40,835 nucleotides of DNA from a bacterium (lineage in GTDB: Bacteria > Hinthialibacterota > Hinthialibacteria > Hinthialibacterales > Hinthialibacteraceae), in contig CAXXSM010000006.1 of the NCBI GenBank assembly GCA_963663405.2, forward strand, positions 1 through 40,835, in the 5' to 3' direction. The position numbers were made by a program, and so were the translations under genes. Shown in pieces: positions 1 through 8,754 of the stretch; within the stretch, counting starts at the first letter, position 1, and each line of letters opens with the position of its first letter. Under the pieces are notes generated by a model. That model was not told where the DNA came from, did no database searches, and saw only the letters and a list, made by a program, of their open reading frames with translations.

Positions 1-270
1 GCTTTTCTTTTATTGAATGATCCAATTGGCACTGATTCTACAAGAAGCGATTCCGTTTCTAAAACAAGAAAGCAAGGTCGAAAGTCTGATGAAGAAAAGA
101 AGGAAAGGAGAATACGTCTATTCAAAAAGTATAAAGGTGATTGTCACTGCGTAGCGCAAGAAGAAGAGGCAATTACTGGTATAGAGATAAAAGCAAAAAC
201 GATTCGTGCCTATATGATACGAAACGGTTTTATTCCTCCCGAGTTTCCTAAAGCGTCACTCCAGAAATAG
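1..270 (+). CDS. 3' end of a gene probably starting upstream of the window; C-terminus resembles a Fis-type HTH
   Basis: Frame is open from base 1. LFKKYKGD..VAQ...GIEIKAKTIRAYMIRNG loosely fits the Fis/NtrC C-terminal HTH pattern. Confidence 0.35.
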   Translation, partial: AFLLLNDPIGTDSTRSDSVSKTRKQGRKSDEEKKERRIRLFKKYKGDCHCVAQEEEAITGIEIKAKTIRAYMIRNGFIPPEFPKASLQK

Positions 271-277
271 GCCAACG

Positions 278-350
278 ATCTACATAATGATAGTGATCTA
301 CAAAATCAAAACGTATTATCTACAAAATTATCTACATAATACATATCTAC
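278..350 (+). repeat. Five direct ATCTAC repeats (possible regulator-binding sites)
   Basis: ATCTAC at 278, 296, 318, 330 and 345. Confidence 0.7.
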
Positions 351-352
351 CA

Positions 353-365
353 TAACCTATTGATT
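353..365 (-). promoter_or_regulatory. IHF-binding consensus site
   Basis: Reverse complement AATCAATAGGTTA matches WATCAANNNNTTR exactly. Confidence 0.5.
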
Positions 366-390
366 ATATTCAACATACGTAAAATGTTCA

Positions 391-407
391 TTGGCATACT
401 TTCTGCT
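391..407 (+). promoter_or_regulatory. Putative sigma-54 (-24/-12) promoter
   Basis: TTGGCATACTTTCTGCT: GG(393-394)-N10-GC(405-406), about 45 bp upstream of the ATG at 453. Confidence 0.55.
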
Positions 408-452
408 TTATTATGATTCCAGGAAGCACTATTTACGCTCTGGGAGTCAAAC

Positions 453-653
453 ATGGAACCAACAGAACATTCACTGCCTTACTGGCTGAATATAAAACAA
501 GCCAGCAAACTCACCCAAATCAGCATATCGACATTAAAGAGACGCTGCGCTGCTGGAGATATATCACCCAAATGCGGTAGGCGTTTTGGCCGCGTATGGC
601 GGTTCAAGCGCGACATTATTCTCAACGATGGATTAATTCTTGTGAAGCAGTGA
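453..653 (+). CDS. Excisionase-like HTH DNA-binding protein (HTH_17/AlpA-like)
   Basis: 66 aa; WLNIKQASKLTQISISTLKRRC...RRFGRVWRF; GGAG RBS; directly precedes the primase. Confidence 0.8.
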   Translation: MEPTEHSLPYWLNIKQASKLTQISISTLKRRCAAGDISPKCGRRFGRVWRFKRDIILNDGLILVKQ

Positions 654-726
654 CATTCCAATTCACATATTAAGTAAGGAAGTTTCCAAGCGGATCGGTG
701 CAGTCTGTGCAAAGGTTCATTTCGCC

Positions 727-2934
727 ATGAATACAAAAGATCAAGACAAGAAACGTCATACATCGAACTTTCCATGCCCCGTATGTGGCGGATATAAAGA
801 ACTCCCAAAAGGTAAAAAGGAACGATGTTGGGGCTTCACATCCGAAGATGGTGAATGGTGTCATTGTACCCGTGAAGAGTATGCCGGGCCAATAACGATA
901 AATCCAGAATCCGAAGCATACGCGCATAAATTGAACGGGCCTTGTAATTGTGGGGAAACACACAATCAAACACAAGAGCAAACGAATTTCTCTTCACGAT
1001 CGAGTGTAGTAAATACTACCGAGTGGATTTACCGAGACGAGGATCGGAAACCATATCTAAAAGTTAAACGACTCGATTTTGAGGATGGTGGAAAAACCTA
1101 TTTTCCATTGACTCTCATTAACGGGAAATGGACAAAGGGTTACAATAAGAAAAAACCTATCCTATATCACCTTCCAGAAATAATTGAATCCGATCCCAAT
1201 GAACCAATTTATATTGCCGAAGGGGAAAAATGCGTCGAAGCATTACGAAAGAATGGGTTTGTTGCTTCTTGTAATCCGGGGGGTGCGGGGGGGAGTTGGA
1301 AAGATTATTTTAGCAAACACTTAAGTGGCCGTCGTTGCATTCTCCTTCCGGACAATGATGAGGCCGGTGAAAATCACGTTCAAAAAGTCGCGAAATCACT
1401 GGATGGAAAAGCCGCCTTAATTCGCATTTTAAAATTGCCAAACCTCCCCAAGAAGGGTGATGTCTACGACTGGTTCCAAAATGGCGGGACAGCCGAGGAG
1501 TTACGCCAGTTAGCCGAAAACACGCCGGAATGGGAGAGGCCTCCCGAACCCGAAAATTCCCCAGATCAACCAGCAAACGGGCTTTCCCTGCGAAGTGATT
1601 TAACGGAGCTCGGCAACGCGGAGCGATTTGTTAAACAACACGGCGAAAACGTTAGGTATTGTCACGCCTGGAAATCATGGTTGGTATGGAACGGAAATGT
1701 ATGGATTGTAGATGATTCCGAGTGGGCCAAAAAATTGATGGTGGATACCATTAAAAAACTCTATGAAGAAGCCGCGCAAACAAATGACGAAAATCTCCGC
1801 ATTGCATTGGCAAATCATGCGCGAAAGTCAGAACGATGCACTGTAATCAAAGCATCCCTACAGTTAGCGGAATTCCAGAACGGTATCCCAATCACGCCGG
1901 ATGAACTTGACTCAAATCCCATGCTCCTGACGGTTAAAAACGGAACGATAAATCTTGAAACTCGTGAATTCTATCCGTCACGGCGCAAGGATTTCATCAC
2001 CAAAGTTGCGCCTGTTGAGCATGACGAAAATGCAACCTGTCCCAGGTTCAAAGATTTCCTCTATGAAATTTTTGATGGAGATTACAAAATAATTGATTTT
2101 GTTCAGCGAGCGATGGGATATTCACTGACCGGCGATATTTCTGAGCATTGTATGTTCATCCCGCATGGCACGGGCCGGAATGGGAAATCCACACTCATTG
2201 AGATATTTTCTGAATTGATGGGGGATTACGCGCTAACCACTCCCGTAGAAACTCTGCTCCTTAGTCGAAACGGAAACTCTATCCCAAACGATGTGGCCCG
2301 ACTGAAAGGAGCGCGATTTGTTTCAGCGGCGGAATCCGCAGAAGACCGCCGGTTGAATGAGGCGAGAATAAAATCACTCACTGGAGGCGATAAAAGTAGT
2401 GCGCGTTTTATGAGAGGGGAATGGTTCGACTTTAAACCGGAATTAAAACTTTGGCTAAGCACCAATAATAAACCCGTGATCAAAGAAAGTGAAAAAGCCA
2501 TATGGAGCCGAATTCGGCTCATTCCGTTCGATCAATGTTTCGAAGGCAATGAGGCGGACAAGAATTTATTGCAAAAACTTAGGGGTGAATTGCCCGGGAT
2601 ACTCAACTGGGCGCTAGATGGACTCGACGAATGGAGACACCGGGGTGGATTGGAACCACCGGAAAAAGTCATGAAGGCGGTGGAAGACTACCGGAACGAA
2701 ATGGACACCCTCACGCCGTTCTTCGAGGATTGTTGTATTGAAGGGAAAGAATACAAAGTCTCGTCAAAAGACCTTTACGCGGAGTACAAACAGTATTGCG
2801 AAGAAAGTGGGGAAAAACCGATCAGCCAAACGAAATTCGGAAAGCGTTTGAGAGAGCGCGGTTATTGGGATAAACGAACAAACACGACGCGGTTTTGGCA
2901 TGGAGTGGCACTCCGTTATGAAAACGAAGAGTGA
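727..2934 (+). CDS. Phage/plasmid P4-family primase-helicase (Zn finger + TOPRIM + D5/SF3 helicase)
   Basis: CPVCGG Zn finger, IAEGEKC and PDNDEAG TOPRIM motifs, TELGNAERF, Walker A GTGRNGKST, C-terminal winged-helix-like end. Confidence 0.93.
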   Translation: MNTKDQDKKRHTSNFPCPVCGGYKELPKGKKERCWGFTSEDGEWCHCTREEYAGPITINPESEAYAHKLNGPCNCGETHNQTQEQTNFSSRSSVVNTTEWIYRDEDRKPYLKVKRLDFEDGGKTYFPLTLINGKWTKGYNKKKPILYHLPEIIESDPNEPIYIAEGEKCVEALRKNGFVASCNPGGAGGSWKDYFSKHLSGRRCILLPDNDEAGENHVQKVAKSLDGKAALIRILKLPNLPKKGDVYDWFQNGGTAEELRQLAENTPEWERPPEPENSPDQPANGLSLRSDLTELGNAERFVKQHGENVRYCHAWKSWLVWNGNVWIVDDSEWAKKLMVDTIKKLYEEAAQTNDENLRIALANHARKSERCTVIKASLQLAEFQNGIPITPDELDSNPMLLTVKNGTINLETREFYPSRRKDFITKVAPVEHDENATCPRFKDFLYEIFDGDYKIIDFVQRAMGYSLTGDISEHCMFIPHGTGRNGKSTLIEIFSELMGDYALTTPVETLLLSRNGNSIPNDVARLKGARFVSAAESAEDRRLNEARIKSLTGGDKSSARFMRGEWFDFKPELKLWLSTNNKPVIKESEKAIWSRIRLIPFDQCFEGNEADKNLLQKLRGELPGILNWALDGLDEWRHRGGLEPPEKVMKAVEDYRNEMDTLTPFFEDCCIEGKEYKVSSKDLYAEYKQYCEESGEKPISQTKFGKRLRERGYWDKRTNTTRFWHGVALRYENEE

Positions 2935-3150
2935 CACAGTGACACACCGTGACACAACTTTCATATTAACTCTATATGAGAAAAAAACAGCTGTTCATAC
3001 CAAAACCCGTGTCACAACGTGTCATCAAGCCCAAATGTGTCACCTTTTTCGGTATTTTTTGGTATATAACGCGCATTATTTTTGCGTATGTATATAAAAT
3101 CTGAGGGAAAACGAGTCATCGAAAGGTTTGGAAAATTGGAAACGTGTCAC
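2931..3150. repeat. Iteron-type replication origin candidate
   Basis: GTGACAC at 2931, 2939, 2949; inverted GTGTCAC/T at 3009, 3019, 3037, 3144; AT-rich core between; lies immediately after the primase. Confidence 0.7.
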
Positions 3151-3167
3151 CGAAAGGATTATAAAAA

Positions 3168-3359
3168 ATGAAGAATGTCGAACTCGAAATCGTAGAAAAT
3201 CACCTCATTATCACGGTTGACTTATCGCAGGATTGCGGGCCATCAAAGTCCGGCAAAACGCGCGTCATCGGCACAACCGCCGGAAACGTATCTGTGCCCG
3301 GGGCGGAAGGCGTCAAGATAGGTTTGACGGTTTACAAGTATCTGGAGGATGGAGAATGA
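3168..3359 (+). CDS. Small conserved hypothetical protein (VDLS..GPSKSGKT..IGTT type)
   Basis: 63 aa, AAGGA RBS, ATGA overlap with ssb. Confidence 0.75.
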   Translation: MKNVELEIVENHLIITVDLSQDCGPSKSGKTRVIGTTAGNVSVPGAEGVKIGLTVYKYLEDGE

Positions 3360-3751
3360 ACAGGATCATCTTCATAGGCCGTTTAACTCACGATCCAGAA
3401 ACACGTCACACGCAAAGCGGCGACATGTACGCGAAATTCTGTTTGGCCGTAGATCGGCACTATAAAAACTCGAATGGAAAGCACGATACCGATTTCATCA
3501 ACTGCGTGAGTTTGCGGAAAACTGCTGAGTTAATCCTGGAGTATTGCATCAAAGGCAGTCTCATCGCCGTTGAAGGCTCGCTCCAGTCGCGGAGATTCCA
3601 AACCAAAGAAGGCGCTAACCGGACGACTTTCGAGGTACAGATTGACAATGTTCAATTCCTCGGAAGCCACCAGCGAAGCGAAGCGTCAGCGCATGAGGAT
3701 AGTGGACCTCCGCCGGATACGGGCGAAAATGGGAGTGAACTTCCATTCTGA
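3356..3751 (+). CDS. ssb: Single-stranded DNA-binding protein
   Basis: Start moved to ATG 3356; MNRIIFIGRLTHDPE, KGSLIAVEGSLQSR, acidic tail ending ELPF. Confidence 0.93.
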   Translation: MNRIIFIGRLTHDPETRHTQSGDMYAKFCLAVDRHYKNSNGKHDTDFINCVSLRKTAELILEYCIKGSLIAVEGSLQSRRFQTKEGANRTTFEVQIDNVQFLGSHQRSEASAHEDSGPPPDTGENGSELPF

Positions 3752-3779
3752 AAACGCCTGCGAGTGAAAGGGAAGAGAA

Positions 3780-4112
3780 ATGAATCTAAATGCTGAACGT
3801 CGCATGAAAACAATGAAACACCACGTCACCATGCCGAGCGAGCCGCAAGTCCATGGTGACTCTCGTCGGAAAACTCCAGAGGCCGTGAAAAGAAACGGGG
3901 AAAATAAAACCGGATCTAAAAAACCGGAAATGCCGGAACTCGTTGCGGTCAAGTGCATGCGGTGTGAGAGAACTTTGTGTCGTGCGCCTCTCGGTACTAG
4001 GATTTTTTGTAATATTTGTCATCGTTGGCATATTGTCATCATGGATGAGAATAGGCGACTTACCGTCAAGGAGTGGCCTCCTGAGAAACGAAAATCGATG
4101 ACCAAGCGCTGA
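3780..4112 (+). CDS. Hypothetical protein with Zn-ribbon motifs
   Basis: CMRC...CNICHRWH; purine-rich RBS. Confidence 0.5.
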   Translation: MNLNAERRMKTMKHHVTMPSEPQVHGDSRRKTPEAVKRNGENKTGSKKPEMPELVAVKCMRCERTLCRAPLGTRIFCNICHRWHIVIMDENRRLTVKEWPPEKRKSMTKR

Positions 4113-4851
4113 TTACTGACGCCTATGGATAGCCAGAAATCAATGGAAAGGTCTTTCCCAAACTCTTCATCTGCCTCGATCAAACCAGAATAAGTTGTCA
4201 AATCCAAATTCCGTTATTGTATATATTTATTATACCAAATCATAATACTACCATTATATCGTTTTTTAATACATATAATTATATATTCAAAATTTAATTC
4301 TTGATTTAGAAAATTAGTTTTTGAATAATTGAAATTGTCATACGATAGACCGATATACATACACTAAAAAATCTAAAAAAATCCGCAGAGGTGTAATTAA
4401 CACATAAACCATCGATCCAAAGGGGGGGGCGGGGGGTCGATTCCTAGAGAACAACGGATATATAATCCGTTGCCTATAATACATAATCTATTGAATTTTC
4501 AAGACTTAAGAAATATGAAATTGGGATGAAATAGGGATAAAATAACCAGTTTGTTTACATGTGAATAATTATTGATGGAAGGTATTAATTGCACATATGC
4601 TCATAACTTCCCACAAATAGACTCCAAATAGCCATAAAATAGAGGGTTAATAAGCCCTTATTTCCCCGTTGTTTGCATCATATTTCCATTTTCCTATAGT
4701 ATTGACCGCGCGCGTTCAGGATGATACTAAATGGTTTAATAACTATCAAATAGTTGTTAAATAGGCAATTAATATGTTGACTTTTGTGATTTGTTCATGA
4801 TAGGATAGGGTTGTAGTTGAGAGACAAATAGAGATTGAAGGAGTAAGAACG

Positions 4852-5490
4852 ATGAGACTAACTGAGGAATACAGACCTAAAAAGTGGGCGGATGTTTTGG
4901 CCCAAGATAAGGCGATTGAACGCATCCAACGAATTGGAAAACGCGGCTACGGCGGACGCGCCTTTTGGATTTCCGGTCAAAGCGGGACCGGCAAAACAAC
5001 GATTGCCTATCTTATCGCGGAAGAGATAGCGGACGGCTGGAGTATTCACGAACTGGACGCGGGAGAGATGACCGTTAGCCGGTTGAAGTCAATCGAATCG
5101 GATATGAACCATCTAGCACTTGGGAAAGGCGGGAAAGCCTATCTCATCAATGAAGCTCATGGGTTGCGTAAAGAGGCGATCCGTCAATTATTGGTCCTTT
5201 TGGAACGCCTTCCTTCTCATGTCTGTGTGATTTTCACAACCACTTGTGAAGGCGAAGAGAAATTATTTGAGGACTATGACGATTCATCCCCATTAATCAG
5301 CCGTTGCGCGCATATCCAATTATCTAGACGGGATTTATCAAAAGCGTTCGCCGAACGCGCGCAATTCATAGCGCAAGAAAACGGTTTAGATGGAAAGCCT
5401 TTGGCTTCCTATATCAAACTAGCGCAGAAACACAGAAACAACCTGCGAGCGATGCTTCAAGCGATTGAAGCCGGTGAAATGATGGATTAA
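4852..5490 (+). CDS. Stand-alone clamp-loader-clade AAA+ ATPase (DnaX/RarA-like)
   Basis: EEYRPKKW, Walker [10 protein letters not shown], Walker B variant INEAH, SRC motif; AAGGAG RBS. Confidence 0.85.
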   Translation: MRLTEEYRPKKWADVLAQDKAIERIQRIGKRGYGGRAFWISGQSGTGKTTIAYLIAEEIADGWSIHELDAGEMTVSRLKSIESDMNHLALGKGGKAYLINEAHGLRKEAIRQLLVLLERLPSHVCVIFTTTCEGEEKLFEDYDDSSPLISRCAHIQLSRRDLSKAFAERAQFIAQENGLDGKPLASYIKLAQKHRNNLRAMLQAIEAGEMMD

Positions 5491-5542
5491 TTCAGCCTTA
5501 TTTCAAGGTTGTTTAAAACCTATTTCAAAGGAGTGAAGGACA

Positions 5543-5782
5543 ATGAAGGAAAAAAGAGACTACACGGTTATCGCAGAGGGAAACTCTCAGGGAGATTACG
5601 TTACTTGCCTTTATTCTGCTGAATACGATTGGGTTATGGAATGGGCGCGGTTTGCTTCGCGATATTACGGGAACGTTCCCGTTACTGTCTTTGAAACTAT
5701 TTCCCGTGAACCCTATCGATCAAAACAAGTTGGTTCAATTGAACCAAGTAACGAACCTCTATTTGACCATCCAGTAATCTAA
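5543..5782 (+). CDS. Hypothetical protein
   Basis: AAGGA RBS; within the + strand operon. Confidence 0.6.
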   Translation: MKEKRDYTVIAEGNSQGDYVTCLYSAEYDWVMEWARFASRYYGNVPVTVFETISREPYRSKQVGSIEPSNEPLFDHPVI

Positions 5783-5795
5783 AGGAGAAAAAATC

Positions 5796-6206
5796 ATGTA
5801 CAGATTAATCATAACAAGAAGTATTGTTTCGAGTGATGGGGAAGGGCGAGAGGTTATGACTGAAAAGAAAGACCTCGATTTCGATTTAGATACTTGTATT
5901 ACTTGTGGGAGAGTCTTGGTAAATGATCAATTCGTAAGAAGGGTAAAGGTTGTCGATCCTGAAAATGAGATCATTGTGCGATGGGATTCAGCGTTGGCTA
6001 AATTGGTTCAACGATGTAATGGGCGTGAATTGGAAATCTCGAACACGAAAATAGAATCAATTTACCATCTGCGAAAACGAGCCTTTAAATCGAGAGACGA
6101 GATTTTAAGAGAAGGAAAAGAGTTGAATCGCGTTGACTGGGTGATGGTTTATCCAAACGGCACAGAAAACCATGTCTGCGCGATGAATAATGGTATTCCA
6201 GTATAA
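5796..6206 (+). CDS. Hypothetical protein
   Basis: AAGGAG RBS; within the + strand operon. Confidence 0.6.
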   Translation: MYRLIITRSIVSSDGEGREVMTEKKDLDFDLDTCITCGRVLVNDQFVRRVKVVDPENEIIVRWDSALAKLVQRCNGRELEISNTKIESIYHLRKRAFKSRDEILREGKELNRVDWVMVYPNGTENHVCAMNNGIPV

Positions 6207-6298
6207 AACAATTGTAATACAAAAAATATCCCCAGGGAGCGCATCCTGTCAAGATCGATCTCCCTGGGGAACCACCAACGAAAGGCGGTATCCATATT

Positions 6299-7198
6299 AT
6301 GAAAGCGAAACGGAAAGAAAACAAGGATATTTACCAACTCATCACGGACCGAATCATCGAGAAACTAGAGCAAGGCGTCATTCCCTGGAAGAAGCCCTGG
6401 ACCGCCGGAGGAGCGCCACAAAACCTCATCAGCAAAAAAGAGTATCGCGGTATTAATATCTTTCTGCTGGACTGCGCCGGTTACTCCTTCCCCTATTTCT
6501 TGACATACAAACAAGCCCAGGATCGAGGCGGAAACGTCCGGAAGGGAGAAAAGGGCTTTCCCGTCGTGTTCTGGAAGATGGTCCAGAAAAAGAAATCCCC
6601 GGACGATCCAGGACCGCGCCCTGGAGAAGTCAGCACGAAAGAAGATACATTCCCCGTCCTGCGGTATTACACGGTTTTCAACGTCGAACAATGCGATGGG
6701 ATTGAGTATCCTGCAGACTGGGAGCGGAGACCGCTCAATCCAATCCCCGAAGCGGAACGAATCATCCAAGGTATGCCCAACCGGCCAGAGATCAAACACG
6801 AACAGCAACGCGCTTGTTATTCACCCTGGTTCGATTATGTCAACATGCCTGATAAAGATTCCTTTGTTAGCGATGAAGCATACTATCAAGTGCTCTTCCA
6901 CGAATTGACACACTCAACCGGCCATGAAAGCCGCTTGAAACGCGAAGGAATCACAGATCCTACGTTCTTTGGAAGCCATGCGTATTCGAGAGAAGAATTA
7001 ATTGCAGAGATGAGCGCCACGATGCTATGCGGAACCTGCGGAATAGAGAATAGCACGATAGACAACTCAGCCGCTTATATTCAATCATGGCTTGGGAGAC
7101 TACGTAACGACAAGAAGTTATTGGTCCATGCCGCTGGACAAGCGCAGAAGGCCGCCGATTTCATCCTGAATCGGAAATGGGAGGAAAACGAATCATGA
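6299..7198 (+). CDS. ardC: ArdC-family antirestriction protein (ssDNA-binding N domain + zincin-like domain)
   Basis: YQLITDRIIEKLEQGVIPWKKPW, YRGIN, VFNVEQ, HELTHSTGH, YSREELIAEM, SAAYIQSWL. Confidence 0.9.
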   Translation: MKAKRKENKDIYQLITDRIIEKLEQGVIPWKKPWTAGGAPQNLISKKEYRGINIFLLDCAGYSFPYFLTYKQAQDRGGNVRKGEKGFPVVFWKMVQKKKSPDDPGPRPGEVSTKEDTFPVLRYYTVFNVEQCDGIEYPADWERRPLNPIPEAERIIQGMPNRPEIKHEQQRACYSPWFDYVNMPDKDSFVSDEAYYQVLFHELTHSTGHESRLKREGITDPTFFGSHAYSREELIAEMSATMLCGTCGIENSTIDNSAAYIQSWLGRLRNDKKLLVHAAGQAQKAADFILNRKWEENES

Positions 7199-7701
7199 AA
7201 TATCACGTTGACATTCACTTAATTCTTCCGGACCTCAAGTATCCGAACAAGGTTATCGATTTACCATTTATTGAATCGAATCCCGAATTCTTAAATTATT
7301 GTTTTGAGCATCTAAGCGCCTCTATTTCCATATGGACTGGTGGCCGGTCATTCGGTTTAGTAAATTCGATCCCGGAAACTTATATCGCAATTCAACGCGC
7401 AATCAACGTAGAAAAACAACGGAAACGAGCGGAGCATTGGGAGCAGTACAAATGTATTGGCCTTACTCGATATGGTTTTCCTAAAGATGCGCTTTGGTTA
7501 ACGGAAATAACAACTACAGAAGACGCAATCACTTTCTACGGGAAAGGCTCTGTTATGGCCGAAATCATCCATCAAGAAGGAGATAAGCCCTTCGTCCTAT
7601 ACTATCACGAATCGGGAAATCTACACGCTATAAAAACGTTTAGGGATGACGGCGCAGAGTTTGAATATGCTTGTAAAGTAGTCGCTAAATACTGGAACTA
7701 A
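7195..7701 (+). CDS. Hypothetical protein
   Basis: ATG 7195 overlaps the ardC stop (ATGA); GGAGG upstream. Confidence 0.6.
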   Translation: MKYHVDIHLILPDLKYPNKVIDLPFIESNPEFLNYCFEHLSASISIWTGGRSFGLVNSIPETYIAIQRAINVEKQRKRAEHWEQYKCIGLTRYGFPKDALWLTEITTTEDAITFYGKGSVMAEIIHQEGDKPFVLYYHESGNLHAIKTFRDDGAEFEYACKVVAKYWN

Positions 7702-7750
7702 AAAAACCAATGGGGGCCAGTTCGCCGGTCCCCATATAAGGAAAACTAAA

Positions 7751-7906
7751 ATGAACCGAACCCAGATCAAAGAAATCATAGAAGACCGGCAGTGGTTCGT
7801 CCTTGAAATGTACGCGACGGGCCGGATAAACACACTGGAAGCAGACGGGCGCTTGAAGGAACTGAGTTGGATCACCCGGCTCTTGGGAAAGGAAAAGGAA
7901 GCATGA
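7751..7906 (+). CDS. 51-aa hypothetical protein, absent from the ORF track
   Basis: AAGGA RBS; MNRTQIKEIIEDRQWFVLEMYATGR...; its stop overlaps the integrase ATG. Confidence 0.55.
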   Translation: MNRTQIKEIIEDRQWFVLEMYATGRINTLEADGRLKELSWITRLLGKEKEA

Positions 7907-8754
7907 AAAAACTAGTAAAGTTAGTCACCGCCTATCGAACCACATTCGGTGGGAGGTGGAACAAACAACGTTTAATCCATAATTCAACCTGCATGGAACG
8001 GTTCTGCAAACGCTTTCCCAACATCAAAGATATTTCACACGAAGCTCTGGCTGGTTACGTTGCTGACCGACAAACCATATCAAAACGTGGAACGATCCGA
8101 TCGGACGCGACAATTAACCGCGAACTTGCAGAACTAAACCGCGTCCTCAACTGGGGAGTAATCACGAAGAAAATCAACTGCAACCCAATGAAGGGCTTCG
8201 GTCTCTTGAAAGAGCCGAAACACAGGGAACGAATACTATCTCCCGATGAAATGCGTCGGATTTTCAAAACTGTTGAAGCGTTCGATTCCGATTTCCGTCT
8301 CATCGTGAAGATCGCTCTGCGCCTGGGACTACGTTTCGGGGAAATCGTTTCACTGAAGTGGATTCATGTTGATGAATTGAATAAGCAATTGATTTTGCTC
8401 AACACGAAACACGGCCACAGGAAGATTCCGGTTCCCGATGACCTTTGGTATGAATTGAAAAGGCTAGAAAAACGTTCCGAGTGGGTTTTCCCATCGCCGA
8501 ACGATCCCGAATCCCATTTGAAAAGTGTTCGTCATCCGTTTGCTCGATTATTAAAGGAGAGTGGGATAAAATCGCTTCACTTTCACGATCTTCGCCACAC
8601 GGCGGCGACCTATATGCTCAAAAACGGTGCGGATATCAAGACCGTTCAAGAAATTCTCGGTCATGCCGACGTAAAAACCACGATGCGCTATCTCAATCCA
8701 CTTGAAGAGACAAAGCGTTCCGCCCTGGAATGGACGAAAGCCGAAGGTTTATAA
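7903..8754 (+). CDS. Tyrosine recombinase/phage integrase
   Basis: ATINRELA, GLRFGE, TKHG, FHDLRHT, LGH...TTMRY catalytic set. Confidence 0.92.
   Translation: MKKLVKLVTAYRTTFGGRWNKQRLIHNSTCMERFCKRFPNIKDISHEALAGYVADRQTISKRGTIRSDATINRELAELNRVLNWGVITKKINCNPMKGFGLLKEPKHRERILSPDEMRRIFKTVEAFDSDFRLIVKIALRLGLRFGEIVSLKWIHVDELNKQLILLNTKHGHRKIPVPDDLWYELKRLEKRSEWVFPSPNDPESHLKSVRHPFARLLKESGIKSLHFHDLRHTAATYMLKNGADIKTVQEILGHADVKTTMRYLNPLEETKRSALEWTKAEGL

Larger units (their letters stand above)
453..8754 (+). mobile_element. P4/PICI-like satellite or integrative element without structural genes; att sites not identified
   Basis: xis-like gene, primase-helicase, ori, ssb, ardC and integrase are all co-oriented. 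Confidence 0.65.

Noticed and set aside
278-350. ATCTAC repeats as a CRISPR array
   Set aside because: Repeats are 6 bp with irregular 12-22 bp periods, and no cas genes are present
4430-4446. GGGTCGATTCC as a tRNA T-arm/att remnant
   Set aside because: Lacks TTCG, does not fold as a cloverleaf, and has no CCA end
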